The notes below the pieces were generated by a model. The model was not told the DNA's origin and searched no databases. It saw only the letters and a list, made by a program, of their open reading frames with translations. From the human T2T-CHM13v2.0 reference genome, Homo sapiens, in assembly GCF_009914755.1 (NCBI RefSeq), contig NC_060929.1: 64,000 nt of DNA; one strand, 5' to 3'. Positions 40,524 through 59,832 of this stretch are shown piece by piece (position 1 is the first letter of the stretch; every line of letters begins with the position of its first letter). The position numbers were made by a program, and so were the translations under genes.

Positions 40524-41817
40524 TGGTAACCCAATGCTATTTTGCACTAAAATGGTAACCGAATGCTATTTTGTAACGATCTCAGGCTGTCATTTTGTAG
40601 AAATCAAATGGAAGTTCTTATTTAACATATTGAAGCATCCAGTTCTACAACTGCAATTAAAATAAGCGTTTACTAAAAGAATATTTGTTTTACTTATACC
40701 TAGAGAAAGTACAATTCTCCATATTGTCAAAATAATTTTTCTAAATCATGACAGATGTGTAGTTCCTCTGTTGAGAAACGTTCAATGGTTCACTATTACC
40801 TCTAGGATAAGGCCTAAAATTTCTAGCCTGATAGCACTATAGAAGAGAGAAACTTTCTCAGCCTGTTTGTTATTTTTAGTGACACAGGAAAACTTAGTGT
40901 TTGTGAAATTATGATTCTTTACCATCATGATGAATTACAATATCAAACATTACTCATAAATTATTCCTAAATAAGTCAGATAAAAAATGAGACTACATAA
41001 ATGTTAGAAGTCTTTTCCTTTTACCAAATATTCCATATTTAGCAGTCATAGGAAATGTGAAAATAATAAAGTTCAATTTTTAGTGCGTTCCCACTATATA
41101 TATGCCAGGTCTTGTGCAGTTTCAGGATAACCAAAACAACAGCAATTTAGAGCCATTAGCACAAATTGCTTCTTCAGCAACTTGCTCTTTTAGCTAAGGT
41201 TACGATTGTACTCATGCAGTATTTTGCAATGGCACATAAGTTGATGAAATGTAGTCCACAACCAAGTAGATACTTCACTGGACAGGAAACGAAAGAAGCA
41301 AGGGTCTTAACTCCAATTAGCAAAGTTTCTATCTGAAACATTTAAAATGATAGCAGAAGTGATGAGAGTCTGGGGGAGATCTAAGCTTTCTAGGAAGGAT
41401 TTGACAAGTTGTGTCAAGAGCCTTAGAGCTATTAAATGTTCTAGCCTAATAATTTTATTTCTAAGATCTTATCTTCAGGAAACTGTCATTAACATGCACA
41501 AAGCTACAGCTAAAAAGATAGTCAATGAAGCACAATTTCTAATTTATGGTAGCAACATTTTTTTAAAAAAAGTGTAAGAGACCAATCTAAGAAACTTTCA
41601 ATACAACTATGTAAAGGAATACTATGTGAGCTTTATGAAAGTGATTGTTTATTCTATTTTGTTCCTTGCTTAGTATATATCATTAAGAACAGTGGTTGGA
41701 ACATAGTAGATGCTTGGTAAATATTTTTAGAATGAATAATGAATAAATGGCTAAATGTGGACATTAAAAATAATGCTTTTAATTACTTAAATACATAAAA
41801 TATTCACAATCTATTTT

Positions 41818-42679
41818 TGTAGGGAGACCCCCTGAAACTATTGCTATGGAATAAAGATGAAATGCTCCTGATTATTGTAAATACAAAATTGCATGCAGGG
41901 TTGGGTAAAGACAATGCCAGGTTGGACTGCCAGAATGAGACAACAGCACGCGATGTGCTTCCCCCTGCAGAGAGCCTATGAATGGACATGCAGTCAGGGA
42001 GGTTTCACATCACCAAGATTCCTATCCCAGAAAAGCCGACGTTCATAGCTCTGGGAATGGAATGCGACCCTTATGGAGAGCCTATAAATGGATATGTGGG
42101 GGACGCCTGTCCATATGGATAAGATAGGGCTATATCTCATCTTGCCATGGCTCTTCTAGGCCTCTTTAGGGTTAAGGCATACTCCCTTCTGAAAATTTCT
42201 GGTCTAACCGGTTGTCTAGCTTCACAACCTATGGATTGTTTGTAACCAGCTTTTGCTGCAACTGTTACTGCTGATTAATATCTTGCTAATCATAGGTTAT
42301 GGAAAGACTGTGTTTCTGTTTTAAGGCTCTGTTAGAAATTACTGATGCACACACTATATTGTAAATTCTTATCCCTGTATACTGTACTTCTGCATACAGA
42401 TGTTATGTTACAGAATTACTTCATCCCCATGTGACCATCTCACCTCATAATCAAATGACCTTAAATCCCTCACTAACCTACCCACGCCCTCACTAAACTT
42501 AATAATAAATGCTGGCATATCCAGTGCATTGTTGGCACCATGGGACCAAAAGGTGGTGACACCCCTGGACCCAGCTTTCACTGTCTTGTGTGTGTCTATT
42601 ATTTCCCGACCTGCCGATCTGCCTGGGAACAAAGAGAGAGCCCCGTTGCATTGCAGGCTGCTGGCCAGATCCCGCAATA
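41818..42679 (+). mobile_element. ERVK solo LTR (MER11D-like)
   Basis: tgtagggagaccccctgaaactattgcta... ~860 bp, internal AATAAA near 42503, 6-bp TSD tatttt on both sides. Confidence 0.8.
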
Positions 42680-44359
42680 TATTTTTAAGTAAAAAGCAGA
42701 TTATAGAATTGTGTTTATAATGTGGCCACTGTCATGTCTATTCACCTGTTATTGTGTTCTCCAGATAAAAGGGCATAAATCACAATTGAAAAATGCATTT
42801 GCCTGTTGAGAATCAACATATTAAAACTTTTTTAGCTGGTCGAATAATATGCATCAGCAGAAATCCTTCAAATATGTCAATAGAAAAAGTAGGGCACTCT
42901 GCTTGCTGAAAAGCACTTGCCTTGAGTAATTTTCCATTGCAGAAACGATCTATTTCATGACTTTTCAAGACTCCTAGTCAATTAGAAACAAGTAAGCAAG
43001 CTTAAACAATTTTACATGCCAAGTGATATCTAAAAATACTCCCCTTGGATCAACTACCATTATGACAAATAACTTCACATAGTTTTTGACTAGCTTTCTT
43101 TTACCAAAAAAACAAAAACAAGAAGTCAAGCCTTCCCCCAAACATCCCCACCAAGAATTTCTATCCATAGCATTAAAATTCAAAAATATTTGTTTTGATC
43201 AGAAGGTTCAATAGAAGACCCCACACTGTCTCTTCTGCTTTCTTCATTTACTGTCAAACATTGAAATGCAATGGTACAAAAGCATATGGCTTCTTCAAGA
43301 TTTCAAGTATAGCCACAATGCACCCATAATTTCAATCCCTAAATACTCAGAATCAAAAGTTAATAGACATCATTGCTCACAAGTTTCCAAATAAAGGACC
43401 ATTTATATTCTGATTTCATCAGGAGACCTTGGATTCACTGCCTAAGCTAATACTATTGTATTGAATAAATAGGTGATACATAATATATTCCAACAGAACA
43501 CAAAGAGCCCTAGAAAAAAATTGAAATCTTATTGTGTAAGACAGGGATATTTCCTCCTTAGAGACAATAACAAATGAGACTGGGGCAAATGAAAGTACCT
43601 GGAATATTTGAGGTACAAAGGAAATGAAAAAAGATCATGATGTATGTTCTTAACTACCTTCATCAATTAAGAGATAAAATCACCTACCTGTCAAAGATGA
43701 GAAGGCAGGATTGGGTTTAGGCTGACAGAGGAAGGATTAAAATGAGGCATAGAACAGCTGTTGTGAGAAATATACCAGTATCCAAAGGAGATGAATAGAT
43801 TGTTAAGTAGAAATGAAGAACCATTTGAATTTGAATAGCAGGAAGCTGAGCAGGTTAGCATGGTTTAGAAATTTCTCAACTAATATTCAGGACTCCAGAA
43901 GTGGAAGCCAAGAGTGTATTTTGTGGAAGTTAATCAGGCTTAAGCTTTCACAAGAGGAGCCCAGAGGATTGTCCAGAAGGGAAAGACTGGGGAGTAGTGG
44001 GAAAATATCATCAGCCTAGTATAGGCTAGAAGTACATTCAAGCATTAATGGGAGGAGGCAGGAAATTGGGAGAACATGGATAGTAACTAAGCTGCCACTT
44101 CTGTAAGATAAAATGAGAGAGGTAGTCATATGTAGGCTGTGGTCAAAGTGAGAAAGCTTATAGTTTAAGGTATTGGAGGATGAGAGTTTTGAGTGATGAT
44201 AGTTTCTACAGTGTAATCATGGGAGGCTGACATCAATATGATCAGTGCTTTCCTTGAGGCTCAAGAAGTAGGGATCAGGTATCACAAGGGACCCTAACAT
44301 AAGTGTTGACTCACCCAAGACGGTGATGGGGCAGAGAGAGGCAAGCTACTCAATTAAGT

Positions 44360-44870
<511 letters not shown>

Positions 44871-45253
44871 TCCAGGGAATGTAATATATTTTCTTTGTTT
44901 ATCATAGTCTATCTTTTAATATTATACTACTTTACATATAACGAATGAACGTTACAGCAGTAGAATTTCCCCTCTCCTCCCTTTGGTGATACCGTTGTCA
45001 TACAGTTTAATTCTTCATGTATTATAAACACTATGATATATTATTTTGCTTTTATCAGTCAATAATCTTTAAAAGAAATTAAGATAGTCTTTCATATATA
45101 CTCATATTTTTGCCATTTTTAGCATTCTGTATTTTCTAAGTAGATACAATTTTTTTCTGCTATAATTTCCCTTCAGTGAAAAGAATGCTTCATTTATATT
45201 CCTTTTAGTGCAGTTCTGCTGGTAACAAAATCTCGCTGTTTCTGTATGCCTCC

Positions 45254-47630
45254 AAAAAGCTTATCCACAACTATCAGGTCGGCTTCATCCTGGGGTTGCA
45301 AGGCTGGTTCAACATAGGCAAATCAATAAACGTAATCCATCACATAAACAGAACCAATGACAAAAACGACATGATTATCTCAATAGAGGCAGAAAAAGCC
45401 TTTGACAAAATTCAACAACTCTTCATGCTAAAACCTCTCGATAAACTAGGTATTGATGGAACATATCTCAAAATAATAAGAGCTATTTATGACAAACGCA
45501 CAGCCTATATCATACTGAATGGGCAAAAACTGGAAGCATTCCCTTTGAAAACAGGCATAAGACAAGGATGCCCTCTCTCACCACTCCTATTCAACATAGT
45601 AATGGAAGTTCTGGCCAGGGCAATCAGGCAAGAGAAAGAAATAAAGGGTATTCAATTAGAAAAGAGGAAGTCAAATTGTCTCTATTTGCAGATGACATGA
45701 TTGTATGTATGAGTTAGAAAACCTCATCGTCTCAGCCCAAAATCTCCTTAAGCTGATAAGCAACTTCAGCAAAGTCTCAGGATACAAAATCAATGTGCAA
45801 AAATCACAAGCATTCTTATACACCAATAACAGACAAACAGCCAAATCATGAGTGAACTCCCATTCACAATTGCTTCAAAGAGAATAAAATACCTAGGAAT
45901 CCAACTTACAAGGGATGTGAAGGACCTCTTCAAGGAGAACTACAAACCACGGCTCAAGGAAATAAGAGAGGACACAAACAAATGGAAAAATATTCCATGC
46001 TCATGGATAGGAAGAATCAATATCGTGAAAATGGCCATACTGCCCAAGGTATTTTACAGATTCAATGCTATCCCAATCAAGCTACCATCGACTTTCTTCA
46101 CAGATTTGGAAAAAACTACTTTAAAGTTCATATGGAATCAAAAAAGAGCTCACATAGCTAAGACAATCCCAAGCAAAAAGAACAAAGCTGGAAGCATCAT
46201 GCTACCTGACTTCAAACTATACTACAAGGCTACAGTAACCAAAACAGCATGGTACTGGTACCAAAACAGATATATAGACCAATGGAACAGAACAGAGCCC
46301 TCAGAAATAATGCCACATATCTACAACCATCTGATCTTTGACAAACCTGACAAAAACAAGCAATAGGGAAAGGATTCCCTATTTAATAAATGGTGTTGGG
46401 AAAACTGGCTAGCTGTATGTAGAAAGCTGAAACTGGATCCCTTCCTTACACCTTATACAAAAATTAACTCAAGATGGATTAAAAACTTAAATGTAAGACC
46501 TAAAACCATAAAAACCCTAGAAGAAAACCTAGGCAATACCATTCAGGACATAGGCATGGGTAAAGACTTCATGACGAAAACACCAAAAGCAATGGCAACA
46601 AAAGCCAAAATAGACAAATGGGATCTAGTTAAACTAAAGAGCTTCTGCACAGGAAAAGAAACTATCATCAGAGTGAACAGGCCACCTACAGAATGGGACA
46701 AAAATTTTGCAATCTATTCATCTGACAAGGGCTAATACCCAGAATCTACAAAGACCTTAGACAAATTTATGAGAAAAAAACAAACAACCCCATCAAAAAG
46801 TGGGCAAAGGATAAGATCAGACACTTCTCAAAAGAAGACATTTATGCAGCCAACAAACATGGAAAAAAGCTCATCATCACTGGTCATTAGAGAAATGCAA
46901 ATCAAAACCACAGTGAGATACCATCTCACGCCAGTTAGAACAGCAATCATTACAGAGTCAGGAAACAACAGATTCTAGAGAGGATGTGGAGAAATAGGAA
47001 TGCGTTTACACTGTTGGTGGGAGTGTAAATTAGTTCAACCATTGTGGAAGACAGTGTGGTGATTTCTCAAGGATCTAGAACTAGAAATACTATTTGACCC
47101 AGCAATCCCATTACTGAGTATATACTCAAAGGATTATAAATCATTCTACTATAAAGACACATGCACACATATGTTTATTGCAGCACTGTTCACAATAGCA
47201 AATGCTTGGAACCACCCAAATGCCCATCAATGATAGAATGGATAAATAAAATGTGCCACATATACACCATGGAATACTCTGCAGCCATAAAAAAGGAAGA
47301 GTTCATGTCCTTTGCAGGGGCATGGATGAAGTTGGAAACCATCATTCTCAGCAAACTAACACAAGAACAGAAAACCAAACACCACATGTTCTCATTCGTA
47401 AGTGGGAGTTGAGCAATGAGAACACATGGACACAGGGAGGTGAACATCACACACCGGGGCCTGTTGGGGGGTAGGGGGCTAAGGGAGGGATAGCATTAGG
47501 AGAAATACGTAATGTAGATGACTGGTTGACGGGTGCAGCAAACCACCATGGCAAGTGTATACCTATGTAAGAAACCTGCACGTTCTGCACGTGTACCCCA
47601 GAACTTAAAGTATAATGATAAAAATAAAAA
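45254..47630 (+). mobile_element. 5'-truncated L1PA (ORF2 RT and C-terminal part, 3'UTR)
   Basis: ORFs contain QGWFNI...[20 protein letters not shown] and AWYWYQNR; frameshifted; ends acttaaagtataat plus A-rich tail. Confidence 0.95.
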
Positions 47631-47644
47631 TGTTGTAAAAAAGG

Positions 47645-48660
47645 AGAAACTGATGATTTTTTTTCATCAACCTTATTTCCATCTTGCTTAAATGCATGTG
47701 GAAGAACAGCTTTAACACTATTCAGCGGTTCTTCCTACCCATTCAGTGGCCTGAGCAGTGGGAGGGCAAACCAGCCTTCGGTGGCAGGCTGAGTGCTCCA
47801 GTGTTCAGTAGGTAACTGCTGAATAGGCACAAAGCACACATGCAACCTGCACACCTTCAGGCCATTCTGAAACCTCACACTAAGTAGCAGTGAACTCAGG
47901 TGCTGAAGAAGTCTGTTCGCCCTGAAATTCCTCCTTGGTCACAGCTTTTTCAGCAGCAACCTGCTCTTTCTTTTCAATCTTTTCAGGATGTTTGTAGAAG
48001 TAGAGATAAGTCATAATCTCCCATGGGTGTTCACAGGAGATGGCGCCAAGCACGTGCATAACTTCTTGGCCACCATCCACCACATCAGGCCCACTGAGTG
48101 AGCTGCTGTTGCATGGGGTGGCAATGTCCACATAGCATGGAGGAAAACCTGTGTGACCTAGAGCAATGGTAGACAGGTTAGCATAACATGCCTCTATGAG
48201 AGGCTTGTGGTCAGCCCTGGAATCAGTAACCACCAGCAATGTAACTCCTGTAAGGCTGCCTGGATCTGGTTAATGAAGTTTCCAGGAGGAAATGATCATC
48301 AACAGGAGTAGCTCCAATGGCAGCAGTAAACTTCAGCACAGCCTGGTGGTCAGTATTCCTGGAGGATATGACACTGACATCAGCAGGGTTTCCAATCACA
48401 GCAATGACACGAGCTGCCAGCAGAAGCCTCTAGGTCCTCTTCAGATTTATGATGCAGATGCTATCACTTTTTCTTTTGTAGAGGTACTGTTCCATTTGGA
48501 AGTCAAGGATGGTGCCACCTGAGTGGGTTCAAACTACAAGAAATTTGAGGACATTTTCTGTCCTCCTTCATTTTCAGGACATCAAGGGCTCTGAACATTG
48601 TGAAAATTTCCCTTTAAGTTATGCCACAAATCTAGAACAACTCCATATGGATCTCTCCAC
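47645..48660 (-). pseudogene. Processed pseudogene of RPSA (40S ribosomal protein SA/uS2)
   Basis: Intronless. ORF 47880..48239 ([11 protein letters not shown]...EHPWEIM...[14 protein letters not shown]) matches RPSA. Start context aaattttcacaATG at 48598; 3'UTR to catcagtttct; frameshifts. Confidence 0.92.
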
Positions 48661-49394
48661 AGTGCAAAGCTGTGGGAAGGTTTTAAACTGAAAATTTAGT
48701 ATATTTAATAAAGATAGGAGAATTCAGAAGATATATTGATCTATTTCCTCTTGAGTAGGAATTTGTTGTTCGTGCCTTTCAAATAATGTGTCCATTTATA
48801 AAAATTGACTAATTTATATAATATATTGGCATGAAGTTGTTTGTAATACCCTTATTACCTTTTTAACAATAGTATAACCCAGTGATTAATATATTTACAA
48901 TTCAGTAGTTAGTACTATTCAGTTATTACATATGGGTAACCATCAACACAGTCAATTTGAGAACATTTACATCACCTCAAAAAGGAACTTTGTGCCTTTT
49001 AGCTGTAAATACCCTATCTTCCCATGTCCTGTCCACTCTCTCCTAGCCCGAGGCAACCACTAATATAGTTTCTGTCTCTATAGACTTACCCATTGTGGAC
49101 ATTTACTGTAAATGAAATCATAAAATATGTAATATTTTATCTGTGTTTTAGTTTAAGTATTTTCTGTTGGCCTCTTTTTGAGTTTACTATTCTTTTCTTC
49201 TTTGTCTAGTCTCCTATTATACCTGTCAATTTTAAACAATTTTAGGTGTATTTTTGAGTTCTAAAATTTTCATTTTGTTATTTTTAGTTTCCCTTTCTCT
49301 GCTAAAGTTTTTCCTCTCATTAATCATTCTTTCAACTCTATTCTATCAGTTTTTTTCTTTTTTTATGTCATTTTTGTGAATGCTTTCATTGATT

Positions 49395-50330
49395 ATTTTT
49401 TCTTTTTCTTCTTATTATACTTTAAGTTTTAGGGTACATGTGCACAATGTGCAGGTTAGTTACATATGTATACATGTGCCATGCTGGTGTGCTGCACCCA
49501 TTAACTCGTCATTTAGCATTAGGTATATCTCCTAATGCTATCCCTCCCCCGTCCCCCCACCCCACAACAGTCCCCAGAGTGTGATATTCCCCTTCCTGTG
49601 TCCATGTGTTCTCATTGTTCAGTTCCCATCTATGAGTGAGAACATGTGGTGTTTGGTTTTTTGTCCTTGCGATAGTTTACTGAGAATGTTGATTTCCAAT
49701 TTCATCCATGTCCCTACAAAGGACATGAACTCATCATTTTTTATGGCTGCATAGTATTCCGTGGTGTATATGTGCCACATTTTCTTAATCCAGTCTATCA
49801 TTGTTGGACATTTGGGTTGGTTCCAAGTCTTTGCTATTGTGAATAGTGCCACAATAAACATATGTGTGCACATGTCTTTATAGCAGCATGATTTATAGTC
49901 CTTTGGGTGTATACCCAGTAATGGGATGGCTGGGTCAAATGGTATTTCTAGTTCTAGATCCCTGAGGAATCGCCACACTGACTTCCACAATGGTTGAACT
50001 AGTTTACAGTCCCACCAACAGTGTAAAAGTGTTCCTATTTCTCCACATCCTCTCCAGCACCTGTTGTTTCCTGACTTTTTAATGATTGCCATTCTAACTG
50101 GTGTGAGCTGGTATCTCATTGTGGTTTTGATTTGCATTTCTCTGATGGCCAGTGATGATGAGCATTTTTTCATGTGTCTTTTGGCTGCATAAATGTCTTC
50201 TTTTGAGAAGTGTCTGTTCATATCCTTTGCCCACTTTTTGATGGGGTTGTTTGTTTTTTTCTTGTAAATTTGTTGGAGTTCATTGTAGATTCTGGATATT
50301 AGCCCTTTGTCAGATGAGTAGGTTGCGAAG
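49395..50330 (-). mobile_element. Young L1PA 3' fragment (~0.9 kb)
   Basis: Open ORF2 C-terminus 49619..50221 ([18 protein letters not shown]), L1 3'UTR with G-tract, T-rich tail. Confidence 0.95.
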
Positions 50331-51749
50331 AAAACCTGAAGAAAAGTTTAAAATCTCTGAATAAGTAAACTAGCATTCTGGATTCAAGGTTATTAAATTC
50401 TAATCTGAAACATTTACTGACAGACCAGTTGGCCCTTCAAAGTGTTGAGGTTAATTACAGAATATGGCTAAAAAGAAAATAAAGCATAGAATTTCAGAGT
50501 TGTAACATTCTATCAGGTTCTTCAATATAAAAGTCAAATAATTTTCAGTTCCTACAATTTTTTTTTCGAATACTACAGAGGAAGAAATGCCTAAATTTAC
50601 CCAAATAGTCTTCTCATTTGAATAAAAAAATTTAAGGAAATATTTAAAACTTACATTATTATTTTTACTTTGAAAGTAAATGGCAAACTTGAAATATTTT
50701 AAAGAGTAAAAACTTTATGAGATGCTACTATTAACATTTGTTGTTTAATGTAAGTGATAGAAACAATAACAATTCTATTAGGAATGTTATGCAATTCTCC
50801 TTTTTCTACTTCATTGTTATGCAATTTGAAATATGAATTTTCAATTAAGTTGCTTTGCCATCAGACCTGTATAACCACTCTCCTCAAAGCAGCACCCCTG
50901 ACTGTAGCACTGAATCATATAATCATAATGCATCATCTACAGCTGGCCAATCCCTCCATTCTGAATTTATAGTAAAATAACTTACAGCTATTTGAACAAC
51001 AGCTAGTGGTCTGGCTTCAAATTTGCAATCAGAAATGTTTGTAAATTACTCGTGTTGCCTTTTGTTACATATTTTTTCAGTGTGCTTTTCAGGAAACAGG
51101 ATATTACTTTTTATTTAAATCTCTTCATAATTATTGATTGTGATGCATATGTTTAGCTGAAGTGAAGGGGGTATATCAAAAAGGGAGACGTCAGAAATTA
51201 ATTACAGTTGTTAATTAAGTTGTTAACATTTTCTGCTGAAAGATAAAACATAGACACTAAATATGAAACTGATAGATAATGTGTGTGTCTGTTTCTTCAC
51301 TTCTAGAGGAATTCTAGAGAAAGCAGGTAAGGCTTTGGTACTTAGAAAAACTATAATTCAAAAATTTCCAAAATATTTGGCATCTAAAAGAGTTTTTAGT
51401 TGCTCTATGACACTCCCTCTCCAGAGTAGAAGGTGATCACAGGGAATGCAGGAATGTCTGGTCCTAAAGGAAAGTAGTGTCAGAGAAGAATTTTACAAAG
51501 GGCTAAAGAAAGTAGGTAAATGGATAAGTACATGTGTACAGTCAATGTACTTTCACACATCTCTAAGCTTCTGCTTATAGTTTTGCCTATTCACAAAATT
51601 CGTACCTTTTATTTATATTATATTCTAAATTCAATATATCATATAGAATCTGGAAAGATATTGGAACTGGCCTAAAGGGAAACATCAGGATTTCAATCAT
51701 TATGTACAGGTTACATAGATTTAGTATATTTAAAAAAGAATGATACAAA

Positions 51750-52860
51750 GATTTCTGTTTCCAGTGAAGATGAAGGGTAAATTTGGAGGGAGCAGATTTA
51801 CCTTACACATAAACAACAAAAAAATGAACAATATTTATGAAACGATTTTCAAGACTTCAAACATCAAGTAATAAAAGATAGTGATTCCTTAAGAGATGTG
51901 AAACATGTGATGAGACCTATGAATACCCTAGAGTTTCTAGGTCATAGCAAAAGGAGATAAAACACAGACAAAGCCTGGCAGTCACTCTAAAGTTGAGAAG
52001 ATAAAACTGGGGATCTGACGAGGCCACAGGAGTTAAAGTTCATAGGGCGGAGTAGACAGAGTATTACAAAAGAGAGTGCTGCCTAGCGAGTGAGCCAGTT
52101 CCAGAGATCTTCAGAGTCTCCCTTGCATTTTCAGCTGACTGCTGATCAGTGCATGAGTAGGAGAAAACTACCCAAGGATGAAGAAAGAACCACCAGAAAG
52201 AATGAAAGGAAATAATACCTGGGGCTTACACACGGCACCAACCAGCATGGGAAATTTCATAATTCATGTTGAAAGTTCTCAGAAGTGGTTGGCCTCGGTA
52301 GTAGAAAAATCAACTCTAGACTCAATACTGCTCTGCTTCTTCCTAGTGACACCTACAAGGAAGACCAGAATGGATTAAAGTTTTTCTAATTAACTTAGCA
52401 TCCCAGATCAACGTTTAAGAATATTTATAGGATTACAAAAATATTAAGATCTAACAAGATAAAATTCATAGTGTCATCCATTCAGTTAAAAATCACTGTC
52501 ATACAAAGAAAGATTATAATCTATAAGCAGGAGAAAACCTATCAATAATAAAAACCAATCCAGATGTAATACAGAAGATATAATTATTAGACAAGGACTA
52601 TAACTATACACCCTATGTTCAAGAAGCTGGAGTAAGGATTGGACACATTAAATAGAAACATAGAAGACAGCAAAAAGGCCCAAATTGGGCTTCTGGACAT
52701 ATAAATTACAATACTTGAAATGAAAAACACACTGGATGTGATTAATGACAGATTAGAGGTTGTAGAAATAAATGATTGTTGAACTTGAAGATGCAGCAAA
52801 TATATTTTATATCCAAATGAAACAGAGAGAAATTGACTGAAAACATTAAAGAGCATTAGT
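51750..52860 (+). mobile_element. Old L1M 5'UTR/ORF1 fragment
   Basis: Degraded ORF1-like sequence (tatgttcaagaagctggag...gaaaaacacactggatg...gaacttgaaga). Confidence 0.55.
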
Positions 52861-53099
52861 GAGTGTTTGATATTTCTTATAATGCAGGTCTGCTGGAGAT
52901 GAAGTAAATTCTTTCAGTTTTCATCTGCTTCCAAAATGCCTTTATTTTGACTTCATTTTTATAGATTTTTTTTGGTTGGATATAGATTTACAGACTAACA
53001 GTTTTTCCCCCAGCAATTTAAAGATGATATTTCATTGTTCTGTTTCTTACAATTTTTTTTCTGATAAGAAGTCAGCTGTCATTATTTTTCCTTGTATGT

Positions 53100-53416
<317 letters not shown>

Positions 53417-53759
53417 TTTTTTTCTTTGATTTCAATATTTTCTAATGATTTCTATATTGTAGGGCTCTCACCATGATGGAGTGAGGTGTGGTTTTCTTTG
53501 TATTTACTATTACTAGATTTCATTCAACTTCTAAGATCTGTGGTTGATGTCTTTCATCAGTTTTGGAAAATTGCCATCCATTATTTCTTTCAATATTTAT
53601 TCTGGTCTATTCTATCTTCTTGTTCTGGGACTCCAACTACACATATGATAACTTATTTGATAATCTATAACAGTTTGGATGTCCTTATTCTTTTCCTTTA
53701 CAGTTTTTTCTCTTTGTGTTTTAGTCTGAATAATTTATGTTTTCTACAAATTCACTGAT

Positions 53760-53928
53760 TCCTTCCTCTGATTATTAGCATGCTGAATAATTATAATTAT
53801 TTAATTATGATTATATTATACTTATATAATACGATTTCTATAATTATATAATTATATTATAATTATATTAACTATATTAATAACAATAATTATAATAATC
53901 CTTGCTCTGATTATTAGTATGCTGAATA
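53760..53928. repeat. AT-rich low-complexity stretch between two 30-bp direct repeats
   Basis: tcctt(c/g)ctctgattattag(c/t)atgctgaata at 53760-53789 and 53899-53928. Confidence 0.85.
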
Positions 53929-54354
53929 TTTAGCATAATGAATCCATCAACATAATTATGTATCTATTATTTCATCTTTCATTTCTAGGATCTTCATCTG
54001 GTTCTTTTTCATAGGTTTCAATTCTATGATAAAATTCCCTATGTGTACACTTTTTCCACGAGATCCTTTAATATATTTATCATATTTTAAAGTCCCTCTT
54101 TGATAATTTTAACACTTGGGCCATCTTTGGATTGAGATTTGTTGACTTTTTCCTCTCTTGACAATGGATCACATTTTCTTCTTTCTTCCATACCTCATAT
54201 TTTATATTGGAAATTTGATATTATATATAATAGAACAATACACTGAAGCAAATACATTTACACTCAGAAAAAGGCACATTATTTCTTTTTCAGACAACTA
54301 ACGTGGAGATATGAGTTAATCTAGTCCATAATTTAGTTGGGTCTGGGCTTGTTT

Positions 54355-58560
<4,206 letters not shown>

Positions 58561-59577
58561 TGTTTTGATATATGCATATGAAAGTTTCTTTAGACTTATT
58601 TTACCACAGGCTGCAAATAATTTGAGAATGGGATCTGTGCCTTCGTTTTAGCTAGATTTGGGACCTGAGCATCTGAAGGATTTGTTTCCATTTTTTTGTT
58701 TTGCTTTCAGTCTTTCTCAGTCCCTGCTTGTCTGCATCTCAGAGGGATTCTTATTAGCTATCCTGCCTTAGCTTCCACCAAAATCAACCAATGCATCAGT
58801 GGGGGCCCTGAGTGCCTAGAGAATTTTGTTCAGGTTTTTGTGTTGCCTGAAGACTCCAGCAATCCCCCTACACTTGCATCTCAGAGGAGAGTTTATCTTA
58901 GCTTTCCTGCTCTTCTCTTAGCCACAGGTCATCACTGTCTTTTACTCAGTGTAAAGCCCAGAGGGTTTATCTTCGTTCTTATGCCTTGCCCTTAGATTTC
59001 ATGAGGTCCTGCACACTGTGTGTCAGTGCGGCAAGTCTCTTCCAGTATTCCTGACCCTCTTCCACCAAAGGTAAGTGCCTCCTACCTTGTACTGGGTGTG
59101 AAGTTCAAACACTTGAAAGTTTCTCTTAGCATTCCTACCCCGGCCCAATATTTCTCATGAGTACTCTGTGAATGCCTCTGAAAAGTGTTGGCAAGTGGCA
59201 TACTCTCTGTTCTGGGGACTCCAAATCATCATGCCATCCCACACTTGGTCAATAAAAATTCCTTAAATGTTCATCAGTTTTCTCATTTCCCATTTATCTG
59301 ACAGCTTTCTCCCTTTTCCACTGATTCACCAAAAATGACAGAAACTGTTAGATTTCTTCACTCCAAAGAGAGGTGTGTAACTTTTTGGATTTTAAGTCAT
59401 TAGGTTTTATCCCTCATTCTTAGCACTCTGATAAATTTTTTTCAAACCATGACTTTACATATTATCTGGCTGGTTACTGTTGTTAGGTTGGGAATGACAT
59501 TTTCTTGTGACTTTTTACATTCTAAGCAGAAGGTAATACCTGATAGTTTACATATAAATGATCATTTTTCTCTTTCA

Positions 59578-59652
59578 ACATATATACACACACATATATA
59601 ATATATATACTATATATACACACACTACACATAATATATATGCTATATATGT
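59578..59652. repeat. (TA/CA)n simple repeat
   Basis: Seen directly in the sequence. Confidence 0.75.
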
Positions 59653-59832
59653 TGATTAAAAATGTTTTGAAATTATTCTTTTAGAATATATTGGAGGTAT
59701 TAATCTTTTTTTTAAATACCTTCGGTGGTAGGAAATCTTTCACTAATTCCAAAATTACATCTGCTCTAAAATAAGAGTGACATTCAAAACCAAGTTTGTA
59801 AATAATGGTGGTGATTAATTATGTTTTTTGTA

